A stretch of DNA of 64,000 bases from contig CAXXQE010000008.1 in NCBI GenBank assembly GCA_963665615.2, positions 744,001-808,000 of the forward strand, read 5' to 3'. The DNA comes from Syntrophales bacterium (GTDB lineage: Bacteria; Desulfobacterota; Syntrophia; Syntrophales; UBA4778). How positions within the stretch are numbered: the stretch's first letter is position 1; each line of letters starts with the position of its first letter. The notes beneath the pieces were generated by a model, which was not told the origin of the DNA, did no database searches, and worked only from the letters and a program-made list of their open reading frames with translations. A program made the translations under genes and the position numbers. This document shows, piece after piece, positions 50,433 through 58,681 of this stretch.

Positions 50433-50469
50433 CCCCTTATGACCGGTTTCGGGCATAAGGGGTTTTTTT
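50433..50469 (+). terminator. Riboswitch expression-platform terminator overlapping thiE RBS
   Basis: CCCCTTATG...CATAAGGGG stem followed by T7, directly abutting ATG 50470. Confidence 0.75.
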
Positions 50470-51099
50470 ATGGCGAAGAAAAGAGTTGGGGGCCTCTACC
50501 TCGTCCTCAGCGAGGAGTATGGCAATGGTCGGAGTATATGGGAAATTGCTTGCGAGGCCGTTGCCGGTGGCATTGATATTCTTCAGATGAGGGAAAAAGG
50601 AAAAACGCAAGATGAGTTGCGTTGCTTCGGGCTGGCTTTAGGCGAACTGTGCCGTTCAAACAACGTGGCGTTCATCGTCAATGACGATCCCAACCTGGCG
50701 CGGGAGTTGGATGCGGACGGCGTGCATCTGGGACAAGAGGATCTTCTTCGATATCCGATCGAGACGGTCCGGCGCATCCTCGGTCCTGGGAAAATCATTG
50801 GTGTTTCCACGCATTCTCCCGAGCAGGCCATGCTGACCTGCGAACTCGGCCCTGATTACATCGCCTACGGCCCGGTTTTCCCGACTGAGACAAAAGACTA
50901 TTCAATCGGAACCGCTGGTGCGCGTGCGGTGCTTCAGAAGTCTAGCTGCCCGGTGGTTTTCATCGGTGGCATTAATCCGTCGAACCTCGATGAACTGTTG
51001 GCAATGGGTGTTCGGACGATTGCCTTGATCCGAGGTATCATGCAGGCTGAGAATATCCGCGAACGGACGGCGTGGTATAAAGAAAAGTTACGAGTTTAG
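50470..51099 (+). CDS. thiE: Thiamine-phosphate synthase
   Basis: LQMREK, FIVNDD, DGVHLGQED, IGVSTHS, GPVFPTETK, IGGI. Confidence 0.95.
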   Translation: MAKKRVGGLYLVLSEEYGNGRSIWEIACEAVAGGIDILQMREKGKTQDELRCFGLALGELCRSNNVAFIVNDDPNLARELDADGVHLGQEDLLRYPIETVRRILGPGKIIGVSTHSPEQAMLTCELGPDYIAYGPVFPTETKDYSIGTAGARAVLQKSSCPVVFIGGINPSNLDELLAMGVRTIALIRGIMQAENIRERTAWYKEKLRV

Positions 51100-51148
51100 A
51101 GTTTGAAGTTCAAAGTTGAAAAGATGGTTTATCGACAGGATCAACGGT

Positions 51149-51349
51149 ATGCGACTCAATATTAACGGCAGGGCAGAAATGGTTTCTGGATCGATAACGA
51201 TTGAGGGACTGATTGAAGAGCGGGGCCTCGCGCCAAAGCGCGTTGTGATCGAATATAATGGCATAGTGATTACACGAGAGCGCTGGTCTGAGATTCAGAT
51301 TAGAGAAGGGGATATTTTTGAGATCATCTCTTTTGTCGGAGGAGGTTGA
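51149..51349 (+). CDS. thiS: Sulfur carrier protein ThiS
   Basis: 66 aa, ING..., EYNG, ends FVGGG. Confidence 0.93.
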   Translation: MRLNINGRAEMVSGSITIEGLIEERGLAPKRVVIEYNGIVITRERWSEIQIREGDIFEIISFVGGG

Positions 51350-51353
51350 GCAA

Positions 51354-52133
51354 ATGGAAGACGTATTGGAGATAGCCGGGCGGCGAATTACAAATCGACT
51401 CTTTATCGGGACGGGAAAGTTCCCTGGAAATGAGGTCATGCGCGAGGCGCTTCTAGCCGCCCGCTGTCAGGTGACGACGGTGGCTTTGCGTCGTGTGGAT
51501 ACCAGTGCCGGTACTGACAATATTCTCGATTATGTACCGGAAGGCTGCGCGGTGATGGTCAATACCTCCGGTGCGCGCACGGCTGATGAAGCGGTTCGTA
51601 TCGCGCGGCTGGCGCGCGTGGCGGGAGCGGGAAACTGGATCAAGATCGAGGTCATCTCAGATCAGAAATACCTTCTGCCCGACAATCTCGAAACCCTTCG
51701 GGCTGCGGAGATCCTCGTAAAAGAGGGCTTCGTGGTTTTCCCGTACATGAGCCCCGATCTCTCTATGGCCAGGCGTCTGGCCGATTGCGGCGTGGCCGCT
51801 GTAATGCCACTCGGCTCTCCCATTGGGACCAATCGTGGCGTGCGGACGAAGGAGCTGGTACAGATTCTCATCGATGAGATCAAGGTTCCGATCATTGTGG
51901 ACGCCGGAATCGGTAAGCCCTCTGAGGCCTGTGCCTGCATGGAAATGGGGTGCGCGGCGGTTTTGGTGAATACAGCCATTGCCGTGGCGGGCAATCCGGT
52001 GGCTTATGCAAAGGCCTTCAGTGATGCCGCAGAGGCGGGGCGACTCGGGTATATAAGCGGCGTGCCGGCAGTGTCGGGCTTTGCGCGCCCCTCGTCACCC
52101 CTCACGGGGTTTCTTAGGAACAGTGACGAGTGA
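51354..52133 (+). CDS. thiG: Thiazole synthase
   Basis: [48 protein letters not shown]. Confidence 0.96.
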   Translation: MEDVLEIAGRRITNRLFIGTGKFPGNEVMREALLAARCQVTTVALRRVDTSAGTDNILDYVPEGCAVMVNTSGARTADEAVRIARLARVAGAGNWIKIEVISDQKYLLPDNLETLRAAEILVKEGFVVFPYMSPDLSMARRLADCGVAAVMPLGSPIGTNRGVRTKELVQILIDEIKVPIIVDAGIGKPSEACACMEMGCAAVLVNTAIAVAGNPVAYAKAFSDAAEAGRLGYISGVPAVSGFARPSSPLTGFLRNSDE

Positions 52134-52374
52134 ACAGTAAATAGTAAACAGAAAAGGGTTTCCGGTTTTTGTTGACTGCAAAGTCGCTTGTTACGAGAGG
52201 CGTAGCCTGTGAGCAAATTTTATCGCTGTCATGCCCGACCTGATCGGGCATCCAGGTGTTTTAGAAAAACTGGATCCCCGCCTGCGCGGGGATGACATGA
52301 CACAAAGTCCTGCCGTTTTGTCGTCAACCGTCCCGGCGGTTGATCTTTTTACTTTTTACTGTTTACCATTCACT
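52120..52374. repeat. 7-bp-period tract pair between thiG and thiH enclosing a REP-like cloverleaf (52227-52297)
   Basis: acagtgacgagtgaacagtaaatagtaaacag over the thiG stop; tttactgtttaccattcact before thiH; tgtcat..gcccga/tcgggc..atccag/ctggat..ccccgc/gcgggg..atgaca. Confidence 0.75.
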
Positions 52375-52391
52375 CGGAAGCGGTGCAATCA

Positions 52392-53525
52392 ATGAGCTTT
52401 TACGATGTATTAGAACACTATCGCGATTTGTCGTCGGAGGCGTTCGATCGGATTCCGCCGCATGATGTAGAGCGGGTGCTGGCGCTTGAGCGGCTGGGGG
52501 CGGAAGATCTGTTTGTTTTGCTGTCGTCTGCGGCGGCGGACTTTCTTGAGCCAATGGCCCGGAAGGCCCACGAGATCACGCTGCGCTATTTCGGCCGCAC
52601 GATACAGCTCTATACGCCGATCTATGTTTCCAATTACTGCGAGAACAACTGCGTATATTGCGGCTTCAATGTCCATAACCGGATCGAGCGGCGGCGGCTC
52701 AGTTTGGAAGAGGTGGCGCAGGAGGCCGCAGCGATTGCGTCCACCGGATTGAGGCATATCCTTCTGCTCACAGGGGAGTCGCGCGTGAAAAGCTCCGTAT
52801 TATACATCCGCGATTGCGTGACCGTTCTGAAGCAACACTTTGCCTCGGTCGCTATCGAGGTTTATCCGCTTTCCGTGGCCGACTATGCGCTGCTGATTGA
52901 GGCGGGCGTGGACGGGCTGACGATCTATCAGGAAACCTACGACGAGGAACGCTATGCCGCCCTGCACCTGGCTGGCCCCAAACGGGATTTTCGCTTTCGG
53001 CTCGATGCGCCGGAGCGCGGCGCCTGCGCGGGTATGCGACAGGTGTCGATTGGAGCGCTGCTGGGTCTGGGTGAATGGCGTCGGGAGGTATTATTGACAG
53101 CGCTTCACGCCAGGTACCTTCAGGAAAGATGCCCGGATGTGGAGATCGGCATTTCGCTGCCACGCATGCGACCGCACGCAGGTCAGTTCGCGTCGGACTA
53201 TTTTGTGACAGATCGCCAGATCGTTCAGATCATGACGGCGCTGCGTCTCGTCATGCCGAGACTCGGCATGGCCATTTCCACGCGTGAGGCAGGACGCTTC
53301 CGGGAGAACATTCTGCCGCTGGGTGTGACACGCATGTCGGCGGGATCGACGACGCGCGTCGGGGGGCATACGCTGTCTGGTGTTCGGAGCGACGGCGCAT
53401 ATGCTGACGAGGCGGATGGGGCGCCTCAATTCGAGATTGCGGATGATCGAAGTGTTGCAGAGATGGCGGCGATGATACGGCGGCAGGGATACGATCCTGT
53501 CTTCAAGGATTGGATGTTGTTATGA
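52392..53525 (+). CDS. thiH: 2-iminoacetate synthase
   Basis: PIYVSNYCENNCVYCGF, LLTGE, YQETY, STRE, SAGSTT, YDPVFKDW. Confidence 0.94.
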   Translation: MSFYDVLEHYRDLSSEAFDRIPPHDVERVLALERLGAEDLFVLLSSAAADFLEPMARKAHEITLRYFGRTIQLYTPIYVSNYCENNCVYCGFNVHNRIERRRLSLEEVAQEAAAIASTGLRHILLLTGESRVKSSVLYIRDCVTVLKQHFASVAIEVYPLSVADYALLIEAGVDGLTIYQETYDEERYAALHLAGPKRDFRFRLDAPERGACAGMRQVSIGALLGLGEWRREVLLTALHARYLQERCPDVEIGISLPRMRPHAGQFASDYFVTDRQIVQIMTALRLVMPRLGMAISTREAGRFRENILPLGVTRMSAGSTTRVGGHTLSGVRSDGAYADEADGAPQFEIADDRSVAEMAAMIRRQGYDPVFKDWMLL

Positions 53526-54145
53526 ACACGGCATTCCGCGAGGATCTGATCCGAAAGCTCGGGGATGGTGGATTCGCGTCGGTCCAGTCCGCAACCGTGG
53601 CGATCGCTGGGGCAGGGGGGCTCGGCTCCAACTGCGCAGCAAGCCTTGTGCGATCAGGTTTTCGACGAATCCGACTCGTCGATTTCGATCGGGTGGAGCC
53701 GTCAAACCTCGATCGTCAATTCTTCTTTTCCGATCAGATCGGGCTGCCCAAGGTGGAGGCCCTGAAAGCCAACCTCCTGCGCATCAATGGGGATCTCGAG
53801 ATTGAGGCACTGCAGCTTCGGATCACGCAGGAAAACGTACAGGTTCTTTTTGCGGAAAATGCCATCGTTGCCGAGTGTCTGGACGATGCGGAGACCAAGG
53901 GAATCATGGTGTCTTCTCTGGCAACGTCAGGCCGCCTGGTTGTGGCTGTTTCAGGAATCGGCGGGGTTGGCGAAAGCGACGCAATCCGCGTGCGGCGAAT
54001 CAATGCCGGGTTGGTTATTATTGGCGATATGCGGTCGGATGTGCAGACCGCACCAGCGCTGTCTCCGCGAGTAAGTATCGCTGCGGCAAAGCAGGCGGAT
54101 GTGATTCTGGAGGCGGTATTGAAGAGTGTTGCCGGTTTTCGGTAA
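53522..54145 (+). CDS. thiF: ThiS adenylyltransferase
   Basis: AGAGGLGSN, DFDRVEPSNLDRQ, ECLDDAETK, PRVSIAAAKQA; ATGA overlap with thiH. Confidence 0.92.
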   Translation: MNTAFREDLIRKLGDGGFASVQSATVAIAGAGGLGSNCAASLVRSGFRRIRLVDFDRVEPSNLDRQFFFSDQIGLPKVEALKANLLRINGDLEIEALQLRITQENVQVLFAENAIVAECLDDAETKGIMVSSLATSGRLVVAVSGIGGVGESDAIRVRRINAGLVIIGDMRSDVQTAPALSPRVSIAAAKQADVILEAVLKSVAGFR

Positions 54146-54262
54146 GCAGTTTACGGTCTAAAGAATAAAATCGGCCGGACCCGCGGGAGATGCGCGTCCG
54201 GCCGGATATTGGTAACTGTTAACGGTCAACTGCCGACCGGCGCCTGCGGCGTTCGCCGCGAT

Positions 54263-56350
54263 TCAGAACGTCACCGAAACGCCGCCTTTAAGATTGAAGC
54301 CCGGATAGGGATAGTAGCCGTTGTAGTAGATCAATTCGTATTTTTCGTTGCTCAGATTCTGGGCGCCAAGGTAGGCAGACACATCGCAATTGAAGATCTT
54401 TTGACGATAAAGCAGGGACAAGTCATAGAGCGTATAGGATTTGATCTTTGCCGCCGTATTTGCGTTGTCGCCACCCTGAAACGCGTCGTCCGTATAGCGA
54501 ATTTCAGGACGCAGCGTCAGGTTGTAGGGCAGATAGATCTCCAGACCTGCATTGGCCTTGCGGGAGGGAACCATAGGGACGGTCTTTCCGTCATAACTTC
54601 CTGCCCTGAATTCGGCGCGGTGGTAAGTGAAGTTGCCGTAAAGTTTTCCCCACGTCTTCAATTTAAGATCGATCGCGCACTCCAACCCCTCATGCCTTGT
54701 CTTGTCGAGATTATCATTGCGCCAGGTTGCGTAGTTGTAAGTAATTTCATTTTCCATGTTTATGCGGAAGAGACTGAGGCCGATCCGTAGCGAATCGACA
54801 GGGTAAAATTGCGTTCCGATCTCGTAGGTCTCCCCCTTTTCCTTCTCCAGATCCTGCAGGAACGTATCTGAACCATACCCTGCGTAAGCGGCCTGTTCAT
54901 CGGTAAAGGGAATGCGATACACGGTTGCGTATTTTGCGTAGGCCTTGGAGGTCTTGCCGAACAGATAGGTCAGCCCGATCTCGTGCGCCTCTGCGCTATG
55001 AACCTTATGTTCATTGTAGAGCAGCGTGTGAGCTGACAAATCAGTATCTTTGCCTTTGAGGGTCGTCCGTTCCATCCGGAGTCCGGCGTTGAGGATGAGG
55101 TTGTTCAGGAGATTGAACTCGTCTCGGAGATAATATCCCAGGCTTTCACGCGTCAAATCGACCGTCGCCGTCTGGAGCGTCCTATCCCGTGAGGTGTAGC
55201 GATCCTGGGTCAGCGTTTCGTAATAGTAATCGATTCCCGCGACGACCTTGTTGAAATGGCCAAGGATGAACCTCTCCATGGTATATTTTGGCGTGATGCC
55301 GTAGGTGTCGATCAGATTGTTGTTGTATGAACTCCACGATGTTGTGTTGTTCCCCAGATCTTTCCGCCCGTAAAGGAGATCCAACGAAAGGGTCCCCGCA
55401 TGATCCCACGAGTAAGCCGTCTTCAGGTCCATGTTGTAATATTTTTCAGCGCCGTCGTCATCCGGATTTCCCGCCTGTCGGCGGTCCTGCTCCATCTGCG
55501 ATTTGCTCAGTGAGCCGGGCAGATCGTAATCGGTTTTATTAAAGGACATACCAAGATCCAGATCCAGGCGTTCCGTCATCTTGTATCCAAAGCGGAGTCC
55601 TGCGCTTTGCGAGGAGAATGTGGATCGATCGCGATAGCCGCTGCTTTTCTGGTTTTCTCCGAAAATCGTACAGGAGAGTTTCTCTGAGGAGCCGGTTACC
55701 GAGACTTGCTCGTCGTGGAGCCCGTAGCTGCCCGTTGTAACGGAAGCAGAAGCCTTTGGTTTGCCCTCTCCTCGCTTTGTGATAATGTTGATAACCCCGC
55801 CGATGGCCGAATCGCCGTAGAGAACGCTTCCGGCTCCTCGAACAACTTCAATGCGCTCGATATTGGTGATAGGTATTTGAAGCCAGTTGACGGAGGCCTG
55901 GTCCGGACGGTTCAATCTTCGGCCGTCCAGCAGAATCAACGATTTGCCGTAGGGGCTGTCGCCGCCGAACCCCCGTATGTCAATGGCGGACTGAGAGGCA
56001 TTGCCGCTATAGGATCTGAAATCCAGGCCCTCCAGTCGCTCCAGCGCCTCGGGCAGCGTTGTCGCTCCTGTTTTTTTGAGTTCATCGGCCGTAATAACGG
56101 AGACGTTGGCCGGGATCCGGGAAACCTCTTCGGCCGTTCTCGTGGCGGTGACCACGATCTCCGGCATGACGATCTTTTCCGATGACGTTGCCTGCGCCGG
56201 GAATGGGTCGGCACAAAGACCCGATTGAATGGAGAAAAACAAGATAAAAAGAACTGAAACAGGAACGAAGCGAACTTGGTTTGGATGCTGACGATTTGGG
56301 TGGAACACCCGGCCTAGAGACGCAATAACCCATGAGACATGAAAAGACAT
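54263..56350 (-). CDS. TonB-dependent receptor, probably cobalamin (BtuB-like)
   Basis: EIVVTATR, IERIEVVRGAGSVLYG..AIGGVINIITK, C-terminal Phe; preceded by cobalamin riboswitch. Confidence 0.88.
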   Translation of the reverse strand: MSFHVSWVIASLGRVFHPNRQHPNQVRFVPVSVLFILFFSIQSGLCADPFPAQATSSEKIVMPEIVVTATRTAEEVSRIPANVSVITADELKKTGATTLPEALERLEGLDFRSYSGNASQSAIDIRGFGGDSPYGKSLILLDGRRLNRPDQASVNWLQIPITNIERIEVVRGAGSVLYGDSAIGGVINIITKRGEGKPKASASVTTGSYGLHDEQVSVTGSSEKLSCTIFGENQKSSGYRDRSTFSSQSAGLRFGYKMTERLDLDLGMSFNKTDYDLPGSLSKSQMEQDRRQAGNPDDDGAEKYYNMDLKTAYSWDHAGTLSLDLLYGRKDLGNNTTSWSSYNNNLIDTYGITPKYTMERFILGHFNKVVAGIDYYYETLTQDRYTSRDRTLQTATVDLTRESLGYYLRDEFNLLNNLILNAGLRMERTTLKGKDTDLSAHTLLYNEHKVHSAEAHEIGLTYLFGKTSKAYAKYATVYRIPFTDEQAAYAGYGSDTFLQDLEKEKGETYEIGTQFYPVDSLRIGLSLFRINMENEITYNYATWRNDNLDKTRHEGLECAIDLKLKTWGKLYGNFTYHRAEFRAGSYDGKTVPMVPSRKANAGLEIYLPYNLTLRPEIRYTDDAFQGGDNANTAAKIKSYTLYDLSLLYRQKIFNCDVSAYLGAQNLSNEKYELIYYNGYYPYPGFNLKGGVSVTF

Positions 56351-56381
56351 AATAGCCTCCCGTCGAGGTAATAACGATAAA

Positions 56382-56520
56382 GTGGGTATTCCGGCTCAGG
56401 GCGACCTACTGACCCGCCTTCCCATTATGGTTTGGCCCATAACAGTGGCATCATCGGGTTTTCGTTCCCATCACGGCTGCGGGGCAGCGGGGGCTTTTCA
56501 CCCCTCTTCCACGCACTTAT
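56382..56520 (-). promoter_or_regulatory. Cobalamin riboswitch
   Basis: Minus strand GGAAGAGGGGTGAAAAGCCCCCGCTGCCCCGCAGCCGT...GCCACTG...GGGAAGGC...GAGCCGGAATACC. Confidence 0.88.
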
Positions 56521-56696
56521 CGGCGACTGATGTATACCAAAACAAGATGCATGTCAAGATGACCGGGGACGGATGGGGGAAAAATTAGGTTTGCGTTCGT
56601 TGAAAAGATGGGATAAGGGTGTGGAAAATGTGGCCGGAGGAGAAATAGCTAACCGCAGGCAGGCAATTTCTAAGCAAGACACTAAATAGGTGCGGC

Positions 56697-57398
56697 GTGG
56701 AGATTTCAGAACTGCAGGATATTAGACCGGGCTTGGCCGTCGATATTGTGGTTGCCACCGACTATAAGAAGGAGGTAACGGATGTTCGACGCGCGGTCGT
56801 TTATGAGATTGATAGTCAGAAGATTATTCTGTCTCAGACCACTCCTCCGCTGGGGCGCTTTTATCTGAACCGTGGAGTCGTGATGACCTACCTTGTTCCA
56901 GGCGATTCCGGTTCGGTCCGTGTCGGGATCTTCTGCAAGCTTTCAAATATCATTTCCTATCATCTGGTTTCTTCTGAAAAAGTACGTGCCGTCATTTTGG
57001 AGCCTAAGAGCGGTGCGGAATTGCAGAATCTCCGTATGCATTTCCGAATGAAGACCCGTTCGGGTCAGAACATGTCTATTGCCATCGACGGACAGCCGAT
57101 GAAACTCTTGGATATCTCGGTTAGCGGGGCCATGTTGAGTCATTATGGTTCTTTAAAGACGCAACCTCTAGAACATGTTAAGCTAAACCTGATGGTTGAC
57201 GGGGAACCCTTTCAAGTCGATGCAAAGGTGGTGCGAATCTGGCGTCCTTACATGGACAAACAGCAGCGGGATCTGGAATATATTACCATCCAGTTTTTGG
57301 GACTGAACAGGCGACTAAACTATCTGCTTGGCGGCAAGATCTTCAATATGCAACGGGAGAGCGGGGAAAAGACAGAAGTTGAGAAATTAAGAAGTTAA
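56697..57398 (+). CDS. PilZ-domain c-di-GMP-binding protein
   Basis: RMHFR (RxxxR) and DISVSG (DxSxxG). Confidence 0.78.
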   Translation: MEISELQDIRPGLAVDIVVATDYKKEVTDVRRAVVYEIDSQKIILSQTTPPLGRFYLNRGVVMTYLVPGDSGSVRVGIFCKLSNIISYHLVSSEKVRAVILEPKSGAELQNLRMHFRMKTRSGQNMSIAIDGQPMKLLDISVSGAMLSHYGSLKTQPLEHVKLNLMVDGEPFQVDAKVVRIWRPYMDKQQRDLEYITIQFLGLNRRLNYLLGGKIFNMQRESGEKTEVEKLRS

Positions 57399-57450
57399 GA
57401 AAAAACGGCGATGCTGCCTGCCGATCGCCGTTCCGTTGCGTAACTTTTTT

Positions 57451-57496
57451 TAACCATTTACTGTTACTGTTCGCCATTCACTGCGGCGCGAGCCGC
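57451..57496. repeat. 7-bp-period tract with hairpin (57483-57496) after the minus-strand gene stop
   Basis: taaccatttactgttactgttcgccattcact gcggcgcgagccgc. Confidence 0.7.
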
Positions 57497-57499
57497 CGT

Positions 57500-57961
57500 T
57501 TACACGTAGTCGCCGCGATTAAATTTGATGATCTCAACGGACGACGCGACGAGAATCCTGTTGAGAATATCCTTCAGCGCTGAGTCGTCCGGCAGTGTAT
57601 TTAGGGTGGGGAGGAGTTTTTTGGTTTCGTTTTCCATCCGCTCTATCAGAGGCTGAATCTGCTTCAGCGGGACGGACGGATTATCCATGTTGCTTTGATA
57701 TTCCTCCAAGATGCCCAACAGGTATTCTGCCTCTGAGGCAAGCTGCTGATCGAGAGGTTTTTCAGCTTGAGCGGCCGGGTCTAGGTTGATCAAAGGGATA
57801 GCCGAGGAAGGCGGCGGGAGAAAGGAGGTTGTTTTTTCCGTGGTCGTCTTGAACTGGGCATCGTGGAGGATCTCTTTGAAATCGGACGTCTCTCCGTGTG
57901 GGATCTTTGAGACTTTAGCGGTGCCGGTCGTGCCTTGAAGGCCGGTCGTTTCGACTTTCAT
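57500..57961 (-). CDS. Hypothetical protein, 153 aa
   Basis: AGGAGG RBS, helical C-terminal region ending KFNRGDYV; function not recognised. Confidence 0.75.
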   Translation of the reverse strand: MKVETTGLQGTTGTAKVSKIPHGETSDFKEILHDAQFKTTTEKTTSFLPPPSSAIPLINLDPAAQAEKPLDQQLASEAEYLLGILEEYQSNMDNPSVPLKQIQPLIERMENETKKLLPTLNTLPDDSALKDILNRILVASSVEIIKFNRGDYV

Positions 57962-57992
57962 GTAATGTCCTCCTATCGGTCTACCCTGTTCG

Positions 57993-58044
57993 TAAATACG
58001 GCAGCGAACGCATTGCCTGCAGTTTGCCCCGGTGAGTCTTCAAT
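57993..58044 (-). mobile_element. TTGAA element, internally deleted copy C
   Basis: Minus strand ATTGAAGACTCACCGGGGCAAACTGCAGGCAATGCGTTCGCTGCCGTATTTA. Confidence 0.55.
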
Positions 58045-58045
58045 A

Positions 58046-58073
58046 TTATCGGCAGAGGCGCAACTGAGCTTGA
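58046..58073 (-). promoter_or_regulatory. Candidate sigma-28 (FliA) promoter
   Basis: Minus strand TCAAG-N15-GCCGATAA. Confidence 0.5.
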
Positions 58074-58189
58074 ATCCTTTAGCGAGCGTCTTCCCCGCGA
58101 CTTGCCGCCGAGTAATCGAGCGAACCAAAATGGAACATCTCCCTTACGGATCGCGGATTCGCTAAGGCTTGCCTTTGTGAGACTTCACT
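58070..58189 (-). mobile_element. TTGAA...TTCAA element, full-length copy D
   Basis: Minus strand AGTGAAGTCTCACAAAGGCAAGCCTT...GATCCGTAAGG...TTCGCTCGATTACTCGGCGGCAAGTCGCGGGGAAGACGCTCGCTAAAGGATTCAA. Confidence 0.62.
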
Positions 58190-58309
58190 TCATTTAGAAA
58201 TTTTCCTATAAAAACATCAATTTTTCCAGAACATTTCGAAAGGTCTTCGAAAACGAAAAGCCCGCCAGGATTTTCCCGGCAGGCTTTAAAGGACTTATTG
58301 GTGGGCCGC

Positions 58310-58394
58310 TGAATCCGGCAGCGAGCGCATCATGTTTAGGATCCCTTCCTTAGGGATCGAAGGTTCTCCGAAGTTCGCTTCGGAGAGATTCAAT
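58310..58394 (-). mobile_element. TTGAA element, shorter copy B directly behind tRNA-Ser(GCT)
   Basis: Minus strand ATTGAATCTCTCCGAAGCGAACTTCGGAGAACCTTCGATCCCTAAGGAAG...ATGCGCTCGCTGCCGGATTCA. Confidence 0.58.
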
Positions 58395-58398
58395 AAAA

Positions 58399-58493
58399 TG
58401 GCGGAGAGAGCGGGATTCGAACCCGCGGTACACCTTTTATGGGCGTACAATCGCTTAGCAGGCGATCGCTTTCGGCCACTCAGCCATCTCTCC
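58399..58493 (-). tRNA. tRNA-Ser (GCT)
   Basis: GGAGAGATGGCTGAGTGG...CT GCT AA...long variable arm...GGTTCGAATCC...CTCTCCGCCA. Confidence 0.95.
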
Positions 58494-58499
58494 GTTCAG

Positions 58500-58587
58500 T
58501 AGACATAAGACGTTGGACTTTAGACGTTAGACAGGAAAAAATCGCATTACATGGGCCTTATGTCTAATGTCTGAAGCCCAACGTCTG
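58500..58587. repeat. Different 7-bp-period inverted tract pair between the tRNAs
   Basis: tagacat aagacgt tggactt tagacgt tagac versus tgtctaa tgtctga agcccaa cgtctg. Confidence 0.68.
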
Positions 58588-58595
58588 TGTTTATT

Positions 58596-58681
58596 TGGCG
58601 GAGGGAGCAGGATTCGAACCCGCGAACCTTTCGGTCAACGGTTTTCAAGACCGCCGCCATAGACCACTCGGCCATCCCTCC
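58596..58681 (-). tRNA. tRNA-Ser (TGA)
   Basis: GGAGGGATGGCCGAGTGG...CT TGA AA...GGTTCGAATCC...CCCTCCGCCA. Confidence 0.95.

Noticed and set aside
58006..58030. c-di-GMP-I riboswitch or sigma-54 motif (GGGCAAAC; GG-N10-GC) on the minus strand
   Set aside because: Lacks the GAAA tetraloop/receptor architecture and is explained as part of element copy C
58200..58398. Prophage or genomic-island att site at the tRNA-Ser 3' end
   Set aside because: No integrase and no duplicated tRNA 3' fragment seen in the window
58596..58681. Selenocysteine or suppressor tRNA
   Set aside because: Anticodon TGA reads Ser UCA; tRNA-Sec has anticodon TCA
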